Below, piece after piece: positions 46,587-56,320 of a stretch of 62,263 nt of DNA; within the stretch, counting starts at the first letter, position 1, and every line of letters begins with the position of its first letter. The DNA is from Planctomycetota bacterium (GTDB lineage Bacteria > Planctomycetota > UBA11346), in assembly GCA_031426335.1 (NCBI GenBank), contig JANPLC010000142.1, forward strand, positions 1 through 62,263, given 5' to 3'. The position numbers were made by a program, and so were the translations under genes. The notes under the pieces are model-generated. The model saw only the letters and a list, made by a program, of their open reading frames with translations, was not told where the DNA came from and made no database searches.

Positions 46587-48086
46587 GGCCAGCAACGCCT
46601 TGATCACCTCGGCCTTTTCAACGCCAGTCAGGCGCGCATCGAGGCCTTGGTAGCGGTAGGTCAGGCGTTCGTGGTTGAAGCCGAGTTGATTCAGGATCGT
46701 TGCGTGGAAGTCGCGGATGTGGATCGGATCTTTGATGATGTTGTAGCTGAAGTCGTCGGTCTCGCCGTGGATGTGGCCGGCCTTCACGCCGCCGCCCGCC
46801 ATCCACATGGTGAAACAACGCGGGTGGTGATCGCGGCCGTAGTTCTCTTTCGACAGGCCACCTTGTGAGTAGATCGTGCGGCCGAATTCTCCGCCCCAAA
46901 TGATCAGCGTGCTGTCGAGCAGACCGCGGCTCTTGAGGTCCTTGATCAGTCCCGCGCACGGCTGGTCGATGTCTTTACACTGCGACGGCATGCGACCACC
47001 CAGGTTGCCGTGGTGGTCCCAGTTGTTGTGGTAGATCTGCACGAAGCGCACACCGCGTTCAACCAAGCGACGCGCCATCAGCACGGAGTTGGCAAAGGTC
47101 CCGGGCTTCTTCGCCTCGTCGCCGTAGAGCGCGTACGTGCTTGCCGGTTCCTTGTCGATCGCGGTCAACTCCGGCACGCTTGCCTGCATGCGGTAGGCCA
47201 TCTCGTACTGCGCGATGCGCGTGTTGATCTCCGGATCGCCGACCTGTTTGGCGGTAATGCGGTTCAGCTCGTTGATGCCGTCAAGCGTGGTACGGCGAAC
47301 ATCGCTGCTGACGCCATCGGGATTATTGATGAAGAGGATGGGATCGCCGGCGGAGCGGAACGACACGCCGGCGTGTTCACCTGGAAGATAGCCCGACGAC
47401 CACACGCGGCCGCTGATGGCCTGCTCTTGCTCGCGATTCGTGGGAGTCGCCACCAGCACCACGAAGGTCGGCAGGTTGGCATTGAGCGTGCCTAGGCCAT
47501 ACGACGCCCATGAACCCAGGCACGGACGACCAGTGACCTGGTTGCCGGTCTGGAGTTGGCTGATGGCGGGTTCGTGGTTGATTGCCTCGGTGTGCAGCGA
47601 ACGCATCCAGCAGATGTCATCCGCCACCGTGCCCAAATTGGGCAGCAGATCGTTCATCCACATGCCGCACTTGCCCTGCTGCTTGAAGGTGAACTTCGAG
47701 GGCGCGATAGGGAAACGCTTCTGACCCGAGGTCATGGTCGTCAAACGCTGACCGGCGCGAATCGATTCCGGCAGCTCCTTATCGTACCACTCCTGCATCT
47801 GCGGCTTGTAGTCGAAGGTGTCCATCTGCGACGGACCACCGACCATGTGCAGGTAGATGACGTGTTTCGCTTTTGGCGGAAAATGCGGACCAACAGCGCC
47901 GATTGGCTTGCCTGGCTCGCCGGCGGCGAGGTCGCTGGCCATCCCGCCCATCATGCTGGCGAGCGCCGCACCACCGAGGACGTTCATGCCCTGGCCGAGG
48001 AAGGCCCGGCGGTTCGCGAACAGCCGACGCTGGCGCAGCAGGTGGGCGAGTACGGGATCGTTCTGGGGAGACATGTGCGGGCTCAT
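46584..48086 (-). CDS. DUF1501 protein (Tat-exported)
   Basis: Leader NRRAFLGQG. FGRT, RDHHPRCFTMWMAGGGVKAG and RDFHATILNQLGFNHERLTY. I chose the ATG at 48086 because it gives an ATGA overlap with the upstream DUF1553 stop. Confidence 0.9.
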   Translation of the reverse strand: MSPHMSPQNDPVLAHLLRQRRLFANRRAFLGQGMNVLGGAALASMMGGMASDLAAGEPGKPIGAVGPHFPPKAKHVIYLHMVGGPSQMDTFDYKPQMQEWYDKELPESIRAGQRLTTMTSGQKRFPIAPSKFTFKQQGKCGMWMNDLLPNLGTVADDICWMRSLHTEAINHEPAISQLQTGNQVTGRPCLGSWASYGLGTLNANLPTFVVLVATPTNREQEQAISGRVWSSGYLPGEHAGVSFRSAGDPILFINNPDGVSSDVRRTTLDGINELNRITAKQVGDPEINTRIAQYEMAYRMQASVPELTAIDKEPASTYALYGDEAKKPGTFANSVLMARRLVERGVRFVQIYHNNWDHHGNLGGRMPSQCKDIDQPCAGLIKDLKSRGLLDSTLIIWGGEFGRTIYSQGGLSKENYGRDHHPRCFTMWMAGGGVKAGHIHGETDDFSYNIIKDPIHIRDFHATILNQLGFNHERLTYRYQGLDARLTGVEKAEVIKALLA

Positions 48087-51000
48087 TTGTTCAGCACCTC
48101 GTCGAGATTGAGCAGGGCATTGCACAACATGGTCATGGCGGCGAGCTCGGCCGGCGGCAGGGCCGCGTCGGCCTTGCGTTCGCCCACCGCGATCAGGGCC
48201 TTGGCCGCTTCAGCGTTGGCTTGGTAGTGCGCCAACAGCTTGGCGTGGTTGGCAGTGATCAACGGCAGTTCCGTCGCCGTGAAGGGTCGGAGCAGGATCC
48301 GCCGACCGGCATCAGCGACCCGTTTGTCCGCTGGCGCCTTCAGTATCTGTTCCGCCAGCACGCGCGCCGCTTCAATGAACTGTGGATCATTGAGCGTCAC
48401 CAGCGCCTGAAGTGGCGTGTTGGTGCGTTCGCGGCGCAAACACGACACTTCACGATTGGTCGCGCCCAGGACCTCCATCGAAGCCGGCGGAGACATGCGT
48501 TTCCAGAACGAGTACATGCTACGGCGGTAGAGCGCATCACCGCTGTCGCGCTTATAATACTTGGTGTTGCTTTCGCGCATGCCGACCGCCTCCCACACGC
48601 CTTCCGGCTGATAGGGTTTGACGCTCGGACCACCGATGGTCGACACCAACAGGCCACTGACCGTCAGGGCGTAGTCGCGAATTACTTCCGCATCCATGCG
48701 GAAGCGCGGGCCACGCGACAACAAACGATTGGCGACATCTATCTCGATCTTCTGCGCCGTGGCGACCGCTTGTTGGCGGTAGGTCGCAGACATCACCATC
48801 AGTTTGAACAGGCGCTTCACATCCCAGTCGGATTTGAACTCCACCGCCAGCCAGTCGAGTAGCTCCGGATGCGTGGGCGCGTCGCCCATGATGCCAAAGT
48901 CCTCACTCGATTTGACGATGCCGGTGCCGAACAACTCCTGCCAGTAGCGATTGACGATCACCCGCGGGGTCAGGCCGTTGTCCTTCGCGGTCAGCCACTG
49001 GGCCAAGCCCAAGCGATTTTTCGGTGCGTCGGACGCCTGCGGATGCAACGCGCTGTAGGTCCCCGGCTCCACTTCATCTTTGCGCTTGTCGTATTCGCCG
49101 CGGAAGAGGATGTGGGCCATCGCCTTGTTGTTCATCTTCTCCTGCTGAATGTGCGTGACCGTCGAGCGCTCACGCACGGTCTTCATCTCGTTCTCCAGAT
49201 CCTGGAGCTTCTTCGATGCCGCCATCAACGGTTGGTCGTTGTCGTCCATCACCTCGAACAAACGGTCGATGGCCTTGCCATCACGTTTGTCGACGGCCGT
49301 GGTAAGCAGCTTGCGTGCTTCCGGCGTGGCGGCTTGGCGAGCGATCGCCTCACTCGCCAGCACGTGGTCGTAGAATTGGATCTGCTGCAACGCGACGTTG
49401 GTGATCAGGCTGCTCGACTTGCGCCGCGCGAGTTGAAACGGTGCGTCCGTGCGCGTGGTGCTCTTGAGCGTGTCGGCCTCCTTATCGAAGCCGTTGTACT
49501 TGCCGTTCATCCAGATCTTCAATCCGGCGGGTTTGGCCGAACCGTCATAGGTGATGACGATGTACTGCCAGGTGTCGCGTTTCACCTGGTTGCCCTTGGT
49601 GCGAACCTTGAGCGCGTCGTCCGGATAATTGTGGATCAGATGGCTGGCGAATTCGCCGCCCTGAAGCCACAGGTCCCAGCCGCGATGTTGGTTCTCGTTG
49701 TCCATGCGTCCGAAGATCGCACCGTCCGGCGTGTCTTTGGCGATCTTCACCCAGGCGCTGACGGAGTAGGGCTTGTCCTTCTCGAAATCACCGACCTCTG
49801 CCGTATAGGTGATGGCCATCTCGCCGTTGACCTTGGCCGCTGGGCCGAAAGGACCGTCGTCGACCCACTCCACCGGTTTCGCACTGGTCGCAGCCAGCAC
49901 TTTGTCGCCTGCTACGCCGTTCAATGCGTCGTCCTTAGCCGGGCCGGTGAGCGACAGTCGTGCGACTGATGCCCGGTCTTTCGCCAATTCCTTATCCCAG
50001 CTCTCGAGCGTGGCGGTTTTCAGCCACGCATCGAAATTGCCTCGGGCAGCTTTACGTGCCTCGTCGCGATCTTTCTTGGCTGCCTCGATCAATGGCGGCA
50101 GCTCACCATAGCGTTTGTGGTCCTCGTTTTTTGGCAGCACCAGGATCGGCGGGGTGTCCTTGATGTTGCCATCGAGGCCGCTCTGCGTGGTGTTGCGGAA
50201 GTACGCGCTCATCGCGTAGAAATCCCGCTGCGAGATCGGATCAAACTTGTGGTCGTGGCACACCGCGCAGTTGGCGGTCAGGCCGAGCCATACCCATGAG
50301 GTGGTCTCGACCCGATCACGCGCGTAGCCGACGAGATTTTCTTCCTCGATCGTGCCGCCTTCATTGGTGGTGATGTTGCAGCGATGGAAACCGGTGGCGA
50401 TCTTTTGTGGTACGGTCGCATTCGGCAGCAGATCACCAGCCAACTGGTCGATGGTGAACTGATCGAAGCGCTGATTGGCGTTGAAGGCGTTGATCACCCA
50501 GTCGCGGTACGGCCACATTTCGCGGTAGTTGTCGAAATGCACGCCGTGCGTGTCGGCGTAGCGCGCGGCGTCGAGCCAGTAACGCGCACGAGCCTCGCCG
50601 TACTGCGGCGAGGCCAGAAAGCGGTCGACCAGTTTTTCGTACGCATCCGGGCTCTTGTCGGCGACAAAGGCGTCGACCACCTCGGGCGTCGGCGGCAGAC
50701 CGGTCAGATCCAAGCTCAGGCGACGCGCGAGCGTGCGACGGTCGGCCTCGGGCGCTGGAGCCAACTTGGCTTCTTCCAGACGCGCGAGCACAAAACGGTC
50801 GATCGGGTTCTTGACCCACGCAGCGTTCTTGACCTTCGGCTCAGCGGGACGTTCCGTCGCCATGAACGCCCAGTGTTTCTGCCACGAGCCGCCCTGTTCG
50901 ATCCAGCGCCGCAGCAGTTCTTTTTGCTCCGGCTTGAGCTGGATGTGCGCATCCGGCGGCGGCATGACCTCGTCTTCATCCTTCGAGATGATGCGCTGCC

Positions 51001-51379
51001 ACATCAGGCTCTCGGCCGGCTTGCCCTTCACGATCACGAAGCCGTCTTCACGTTTGGCGGTGAAGTCCTCTTCACGGTCGAAACGCATCTTGGCCTTGCG
51101 GCTGGCAGGATCGGGACCGTGGCAGTGGTAGCAGGCCTCAGCCAGGATCGGCCGGATGTCACGGTTGAACTTCACCTCGCCCACCGGCGCAGCGGCAGCG
51201 AAGGCGCTGCCCGCCAAACCGGTCAGGACGGCGATCAACGGCAGGCGACGGAAACGGGGCGTGGGGGCGGGAGTGGTCAGCACAAAAGCAGCCTCCGGGT
51301 CAGGCAATACCTGGCCTTCGATGGAACGTTGAACTACTTGTGACACAAACAGTTGGATGGAAGCCACAGATCTACGCAA
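48083..51379 (-). CDS. PSCyt1 - DUF1549 - LamG-like insert - DUF1553 secreted protein
   Basis: CYHCHGPDPASRKAKMRFD, NPIDRFVLARL and CAVCHDHKFDPI. The internal segment WVKIAKDTPDGAIFGRMD...WQYIVITYDGSAKPAGLKIWMNGK is Laminin_G_3-like. Confidence 0.85.
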   Translation of the reverse strand: MRRSVASIQLFVSQVVQRSIEGQVLPDPEAAFVLTTPAPTPRFRRLPLIAVLTGLAGSAFAAAAPVGEVKFNRDIRPILAEACYHCHGPDPASRKAKMRFDREEDFTAKREDGFVIVKGKPAESLMWQRIISKDEDEVMPPPDAHIQLKPEQKELLRRWIEQGGSWQKHWAFMATERPAEPKVKNAAWVKNPIDRFVLARLEEAKLAPAPEADRRTLARRLSLDLTGLPPTPEVVDAFVADKSPDAYEKLVDRFLASPQYGEARARYWLDAARYADTHGVHFDNYREMWPYRDWVINAFNANQRFDQFTIDQLAGDLLPNATVPQKIATGFHRCNITTNEGGTIEEENLVGYARDRVETTSWVWLGLTANCAVCHDHKFDPISQRDFYAMSAYFRNTTQSGLDGNIKDTPPILVLPKNEDHKRYGELPPLIEAAKKDRDEARKAARGNFDAWLKTATLESWDKELAKDRASVARLSLTGPAKDDALNGVAGDKVLAATSAKPVEWVDDGPFGPAAKVNGEMAITYTAEVGDFEKDKPYSVSAWVKIAKDTPDGAIFGRMDNENQHRGWDLWLQGGEFASHLIHNYPDDALKVRTKGNQVKRDTWQYIVITYDGSAKPAGLKIWMNGKYNGFDKEADTLKSTTRTDAPFQLARRKSSSLITNVALQQIQFYDHVLASEAIARQAATPEARKLLTTAVDKRDGKAIDRLFEVMDDNDQPLMAASKKLQDLENEMKTVRERSTVTHIQQEKMNNKAMAHILFRGEYDKRKDEVEPGTYSALHPQASDAPKNRLGLAQWLTAKDNGLTPRVIVNRYWQELFGTGIVKSSEDFGIMGDAPTHPELLDWLAVEFKSDWDVKRLFKLMVMSATYRQQAVATAQKIEIDVANRLLSRGPRFRMDAEVIRDYALTVSGLLVSTIGGPSVKPYQPEGVWEAVGMRESNTKYYKRDSGDALYRRSMYSFWKRMSPPASMEVLGATNREVSCLRRERTNTPLQALVTLNDPQFIEAARVLAEQILKAPADKRVADAGRRILLRPFTATELPLITANHAKLLAHYQANAEAAKALIAVGERKADAALPPAELAAMTMLCNALLNLDEVLNK

Positions 51380-51609
51380 AGGCCTCGCATGACTGCCATT
51401 GAGGGCTGCCGAACGACCCCTCCGCCAAACCTACGCCACTCGTCCACCGGCCAGATGTGGCGTCGTGCCAGGTTCTTTCAGCGGACGTGCGCAATGGCTC
51501 AACCTGGACGATGGAGTGATGGCGATCTGAGCGCTCCAGGCCACCGCTGGGTTGTCTGATTCTAGTAGGATTTTGTTGAGCAGGCGAACGGCCGATGGCC
51601 GATGGCCGA

Positions 51610-52017
51610 TCACCGATGTCTTTTGCGATACTCGCGGGGCGAAACCCCCGCCACGCGCTTGAACACCGCACTAAAATACAACGGATCATCATAGCCCAGA
51701 CGCTTGGCGATCTCCTGGCACGACAGCGTGGTATTGCTGAGCGCGTCCTTGGCCTGCGCAATCAGATGTTCACGCGCGTACCGCAACGGACTGGTGCCGA
51801 GCGCGTCTTTGAACAATCGGTGCAGATGCGACACCGACGTACCGACCGTGCGTGCGACCTGACGGATATCGAGATCACGTGCGCCGCTGGTTTGCAGGAT
51901 GTGCAACGCCGCCGCGACCTGGGGAGTGAGCGTGCTTACCAACGGGCCGCCGTGATGGGCGACCGACAGCGGCAGAGCCGCGTTGGCGATGGGCGTCAAC
52001 GTGTCGACGCTAGTCAT
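51610..52017 (-). CDS. Short AraC-family HTH transcription regulator (DNA-binding domain only)
   Basis: VARTVGTSVSHLHRLFKDALGTSPLRYAREHLIAQAKDAL...CQEIAKRLGYDDPLYFSAVFKRVAGVSPREYR. Confidence 0.8.
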   Translation of the reverse strand: MTSVDTLTPIANAALPLSVAHHGGPLVSTLTPQVAAALHILQTSGARDLDIRQVARTVGTSVSHLHRLFKDALGTSPLRYAREHLIAQAKDALSNTTLSCQEIAKRLGYDDPLYFSAVFKRVAGVSPREYRKRHR

Positions 52018-52117
52018 GGAGGCCTCGCTGGACCACGGGCGTCCGCGCGTGGCTGCCTAACCTTGCGGCGAGGAGCCGGACCTTAGCGAAAGTCTTCTGG
52101 TAGATGCCCGCGTCTGT

Positions 52118-52927
52118 TCACCCAAGCAACGGCGCGGTATGACGCAACCGGCCTTCCATGACTGTCACGGCCGTACCACCGAGCAACACCCGGTCGCCAC
52201 GTGGCTCGACTTCCAACAGCCCACCGCGGGCGGAAGCCTGCCGGCAGCGGAGCACGGGCACTCGCAAACGTCGACTCCAGTACGGACCGAGGGCGCAGTG
52301 CAGTGAACCGGTGACTGCGTCCTCGGGAATGCCCGACGCCGGAGCGAAGAAGCGCGACACCACGTGATGATCCCCCTGGCCAGCCGCGGTCACCGCCACT
52401 CCACGACATGGGATCGCGGCCAAGGCCGCGATATCAGGGCGGGTGTCCTCCACCGTCGCGGCATCGTGCGCTTCGATCACCAGATCCGGACCAGCGCGCC
52501 AGACCGACAGTGGCTGCACGCCGAGCGCACCGATCAGCCCTTCTGGCGGCGCACAGGGCGTCATCGCCACCTCCGGGAAATCGAGCACGATGCGCTCGCC
52601 CTGCGCCGTGGCGGTCAGCAGGCCGCTGCGGGTATGGAAACGCACCACCTGTGTGCGTGGCTGCAGGCCCTCACCCCACAACACCTGCGCCGCCGCCAGG
52701 GTCGCATGCCCGCAAAGGTCGACCTCGACGATCGGCGTGAACCAGCGCAGCTCCCAGTCACCGTCTGCACGTTGCATGACGAAGGCGGTCTCGGCCTGGT
52801 TCATCTCTCCGGCGACCGCCTGCATCCAGTCCGTGCCCACACCCGCCGGTGGCAGGCACACCGCGGCCGGATTGCCCGTGAACGGACGTTCGGCGAAGGC
52901 ATCGACCAGAAACAGCGGAATCGTCAT
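52118..52927 (-). CDS. PhzF-family isomerase/epimerase-like protein
   Basis: MTIPLFLVDAFAERPFTGNPAAVC...NQAETAFV...RWFTPIVEVDLCGHATLAAA...EDAVTGSLHCALGPYW. I chose the ATG at 52927. Confidence 0.85.
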   Translation of the reverse strand: MTIPLFLVDAFAERPFTGNPAAVCLPPAGVGTDWMQAVAGEMNQAETAFVMQRADGDWELRWFTPIVEVDLCGHATLAAAQVLWGEGLQPRTQVVRFHTRSGLLTATAQGERIVLDFPEVAMTPCAPPEGLIGALGVQPLSVWRAGPDLVIEAHDAATVEDTRPDIAALAAIPCRGVAVTAAGQGDHHVVSRFFAPASGIPEDAVTGSLHCALGPYWSRRLRVPVLRCRQASARGGLLEVEPRGDRVLLGGTAVTVMEGRLRHTAPLLG

Positions 52928-53118
52928 AAGGCACCTGTGGGCTGGAACTTGATCGCTTCCTACCGCCCCGCAACGCACGCCGGGCTGGCTTGTAGGAAAG
53001 CTCCACAGGACACGGAGTGGCACGTCCGTTCGAATTCGACAAGCTGACTAAACGACTGACCGGCTCAGGTGGTATCATATCACCGCTGTTCTGAGCTAAT
53101 TTGAGTAAAGGATCCCGC

Positions 53119-54198
53119 ATGCGCCTCCTCATCCCTGCCCTCGCCCTACTCTTCGGTACCGCCGGCCTGCTGGGTGCCGCGACCACCGTCGAGGTGCGCG
53201 TCACCAGCGGCGACCTCATCACCGGCGAAGTGGTCGAAGAGACCGCCAGCACACTGGAACTGAAACGTCTGGTGCTGATCAAACACAAGCCGGTCGAAAC
53301 CTCCATCACCTTGAACAAGAGCACCATCACCACGCGCAAAGAGGTCCCGCCACTCCTGGCCCAGTACGAGACGCGCCGCACGAGCGCCCCGTCGACGCTG
53401 CTCGGCCAATGCGCCCTGGCGCGCTGGTGCCTGGATCGTGCGCTGACCGAACCCGCGCTGGTGCACACCCGCGCGGCCGAACAACTCGACCGCTTCAGCC
53501 CGATCGTCAACAAGCTGTATGCCGACCTCGGCTACCTCAAGATCGACGACGCGTGGGTACGCGAAAGCGACCACCTCGCGAGCACCGGCAAGGTCAAGGT
53601 CGGCGATACGGTGATGAGCAAAGAAGAAGCCGCGCTCGCCAAGGAGCAAACCACCAAAGCCGGCGCCAACGCGCGCATTGAACAGCAGATCCGCGACGCC
53701 GAATGGGTGATCAAGACCAGCGAACGCAAACTCGAAGAAGCCACCGAGCGTCGCGACAAGGCCAAGAGCGAACTGGCGACGGCCGAGGCCGACGCCAAAG
53801 GTGCCGCGAATCGCAAGGAGCAGGCACAAAAACGCATGGAAGCCCGCGCCGGCAAGGCCCAGAACAACCGTACCCAGAATCAGGACCGCGAAGACCAAGC
53901 GAGCCTGCAACAGGCCGCCAGCGATGCCAGCCGCGCCGGCGGTGCACAGAAGAAATGGGAAAAGGAACTTGAGGCTGCCGAAGAATCCCTGGCCAAGGTC
54001 AAAGCCGGGATCGAGAAGGCCAAGGCAGCGCTGCCAGAACTGCAGAAACAACTCGCCGCCGCCGGTGGGAAACCCGCTGAGGGCAGCGACAGCAAGCCTG
54101 GCGAAAAGACGGACAAGGCCGGCGAAAAAGCCACTGATAAAGCTGGCGACAAGGCGGTCGCCGACGGCAAGCCGAAGAGCCGCTTTGGCGGCGAGTGA
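53119..54198 (+). CDS. Secreted protein with an N-terminal beta-rich domain and a long charged coiled-coil C-terminus, function unknown
   Basis: ATG at 53119 with AAAGGA 6 nt upstream. Signal peptide MRLLIPALALLFGTAGLLGA. aa ~190-330 are E/K/A/Q-rich heptad-like sequence. Confidence 0.6.
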   Translation: MRLLIPALALLFGTAGLLGAATTVEVRVTSGDLITGEVVEETASTLELKRLVLIKHKPVETSITLNKSTITTRKEVPPLLAQYETRRTSAPSTLLGQCALARWCLDRALTEPALVHTRAAEQLDRFSPIVNKLYADLGYLKIDDAWVRESDHLASTGKVKVGDTVMSKEEAALAKEQTTKAGANARIEQQIRDAEWVIKTSERKLEEATERRDKAKSELATAEADAKGAANRKEQAQKRMEARAGKAQNNRTQNQDREDQASLQQAASDASRAGGAQKKWEKELEAAEESLAKVKAGIEKAKAALPELQKQLAAAGGKPAEGSDSKPGEKTDKAGEKATDKAGDKAVADGKPKSRFGGE

Positions 54199-54318
54199 CC
54201 TGTACAAGGTTCACTTGACGGTCAGCCGATTCGTCGGGTATTACTTACGTGGAAGGAACGACGAGCCCACCGGACGCACATCACCAGAGCGCTGGGAGAC
54301 CCCAAACGCCTACTACCC

Positions 54319-54334
54319 TGGCATGAGTCCTGCT
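54319..54334 (+). promoter_or_regulatory. Sigma-54-type -24/-12 promoter candidate
   Basis: TGGCATG-agtc-CTGCT, compared with the consensus TGGCACG-N4-TTGCW. The GG and GC dinucleotides are at the canonical spacing. It lies in a gene-free gap and points at the terminator at 54394. Confidence 0.35.
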
Positions 54335-54344
54335 GCTTCTGGAT

Positions 54345-54422
54345 GACGCCTCACGGCTGCGATCCGGTCTGCTCGAAACGAACTTCCCCCAAGCGCCGGT
54401 CACTCGACCGGCGTTTGTTGTT
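54345..54422 (+). ncRNA. Candidate small RNA of about 75-80 nt (predicted promoter to terminator)
   Basis: Bounded by the -24/-12 motif and by a strong intrinsic terminator. No credible ORF. Contains an unpaired C-rich stretch, acttccccca. Confidence 0.25.
54394..54422 (+). terminator. Rho-independent terminator (plus-strand polarity)
   Basis: cgccggtc-actc-gaccggcg (8-bp GC stem, 4-nt loop), followed by tttgttgtt. Confidence 0.75.
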
Positions 54423-54433
54423 GGGAGTAACGC

Positions 54434-54919
54434 TCAGCCAGCGACGACGCGTTGGGTCAACGACGCGCCGCAGGCGGTGCAGCGCCCCGCTGACGGGATG
54501 ATCGGCTGAGTGCATTTCGGGCAGCGATCGTTGCGTTGTTCACGCGCCGCCAGAGCGCGAAGGACTCCCGGCAATTCCCAACTTGCCATCATGCCGTGGT
54601 AGAAGAACCACCCGAACAGCGCGGCGACCACGATGCCCGACATCGAGCCGGTGGAATGCCACTGCAGCAGCTTCGAGCCGACGAAGAACACGAACAGGCC
54701 GGTCGCGGCGAAACGGTTGGCCCGGAAGGTGCCGTAGATGAGCAGGCTGAGCACCGCGATATCGACGTAGACGAACGTCGGATCGATACCTGCTGCACCC
54801 GAAAAGATGCCGAGCGCGAAGCCGATGATGATGGTGAACGCCAAACTGATCACACCGCAATACCCCGCCGTGCGGATCCGCTTGCGCAGCACATCTTCAT
54901 CCAAGTCGTCATTGAGCAT
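54434..54919 (-). CDS. Four-TM membrane protein with a C-terminal zinc-ribbon
   Basis: Hydrophobic helices are followed by CPKCTQPIIPSAGRCTACG (CxxC-N10-CxxC). Confidence 0.55.
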   Translation of the reverse strand: MLNDDLDEDVLRKRIRTAGYCGVISLAFTIIIGFALGIFSGAAGIDPTFVYVDIAVLSLLIYGTFRANRFAATGLFVFFVGSKLLQWHSTGSMSGIVVAALFGWFFYHGMMASWELPGVLRALAAREQRNDRCPKCTQPIIPSAGRCTACGASLTQRVVAG

Positions 54920-55003
54920 CGTATGATCCCTCCCAGCGATTCGCGCGGGAAGGTAGGGAGCACCTGGCCGGGCTCAAGCCCCGGCAGGTCCTCTTGCCCA
55001 GGG

Positions 55004-56320
55004 TCACTGATCCGTCGACAACCGCTCCACCGGGATCATCTCCGGCTGCTGGTTCGGGCTGGCCCAATCAAGTTTCACCATCATGCCCGACTTGGGCTGC
55101 CGGTACTCGACACGCAGAGCGTGGCGTTTGCTCGCGTCGAGCATCACCGAGCCCTGGTGGTACGCCGCGCGTTCGGCACCCCAGGCGTCGATCACCAGCT
55201 TGTCGTCGATGAAGAGACGTATGCCGGCATCGCTGCGCAGCGTCAGCAGGTACTTCTCGCTAAAGAGTGGCTGGAGGTAGCCATTCCAACGCACCGAAAA
55301 ATCCGTACGGCGCTGGTCAACCGGCACGCTTTCCAAGCCGAGGTCGGTGTGGATGCCGGTCTCGATGCGTTCGAAGATCATGTCCTTCAGATTGGTACCC
55401 GCGAAATACGTCGCCCGCAGGCCAGCGCGGTAGTTCTTGCGCGCGGCGGTGGTCGTGGCGACCAACGGACGGGCGACAGTCTTGGTGTTTTCCGCCACCG
55501 TGGCGAAGTGGCCGGCGGGAACTTCGACCAACGTACGGTTGCTGGCGTCGGTGATGCCGACCAGTCCTTCGCTGACATCCAGGCGCGTCGCGCCGGCGGT
55601 GGAGGTGAACTCCAGGGTCAGCACGGTACCGAGCACCACCGCCTGGGCGTTGGGCGTGTTGAAGATCATCGGCCGGCCGGCCGGTTGTTTCGCGACGTCG
55701 GCGGTCACCCGACCCCACTTCAGCACCACCCGTTTACCCACGCCGACGGCAGCCGATCCATCGGCAGTCACCTGCACATCGGTGCGCTGGTCGAGTTGGA
55801 TCCTGGTCTTGTCCGGGTAATCGATGCGCGCCTGCGCGCCGTCACCGACGCGCACGTGATCGCCTGGGAGCACCTGGGTGCCGACCTTGGCGATGATGGT
55901 TTCCTTGCCCCGCAGGATGTTGACCTCGGCGGTAACCGCGCCGAGCGCAGCGAGCGGCTCGACTTCACCCGACGGCCGGGTGAGCCACAACGCCACCATC
56001 AGCGTGGCCGCCAGGGCGGCGAACGGCACCAACATGCCGAGCGCACGACGCGGCGACGGACGCCCTGGGGCGACGCGCAAGGTCGGGCGACGGCGTTTGC
56101 CGAAATCGCTGTTGGAACTGTCGTCCATCACCGGGCACGAATTGCCGGTGATCTGGCGCGCGGATTCCGCGAGCAGTTCCCATTCCTGCAGCACTTCGAC
56201 AAAACGCACGCGGGCGGAACGGTCGCTAGAGAGCACCTGTTTCAGGCGCACCACATCGCCGGCACTCAGGCGGTTGGCCAAGTAATCTTCAAACAGCGCA
56301 TCATCAGGTGTGGTCTTCAC
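55004..56320 (-). CDS. Anti-sigma factor: N-terminal zinc-free anti-sigma helix, TM, FecR-like domain and a C-terminal PA14 domain
   Basis: The GTG start overlaps the sigma gene stop (GTGA). TM helix LGMLVPFAALAATLMVALWL. The FecR-like region is GDHVRVGDGAQARIDYPDKTRIQLDQRTDV. The PA14 region is GLRATYFAGTNLKDMIFERIE...FSVRWNGYLQPLFSEKYLLTLRSDAGIRLFIDDKLVIDAWG. Confidence 0.75.
   Translation of the reverse strand: MKTTPDDALFEDYLANRLSAGDVVRLKQVLSSDRSARVRFVEVLQEWELLAESARQITGNSCPVMDDSSNSDFGKRRRPTLRVAPGRPSPRRALGMLVPFAALAATLMVALWLTRPSGEVEPLAALGAVTAEVNILRGKETIIAKVGTQVLPGDHVRVGDGAQARIDYPDKTRIQLDQRTDVQVTADGSAAVGVGKRVVLKWGRVTADVAKQPAGRPMIFNTPNAQAVVLGTVLTLEFTSTAGATRLDVSEGLVGITDASNRTLVEVPAGHFATVAENTKTVARPLVATTTAARKNYRAGLRATYFAGTNLKDMIFERIETGIHTDLGLESVPVDQRRTDFSVRWNGYLQPLFSEKYLLTLRSDAGIRLFIDDKLVIDAWGAERAAYHQGSVMLDASKRHALRVEYRQPKSGMMVKLDWASPNQQPEMIPVERLSTDQ

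Noticed and set aside
51583-51606. GGCCGAT x3 tandem words just beyond and overlapping the stop of the AraC-like gene, considered as another hairpin element.
   Set aside because: I could find no complementary arm, and the last unit overlaps the coding end. I mention it only as a possible one-armed relative of the word-repeat family.
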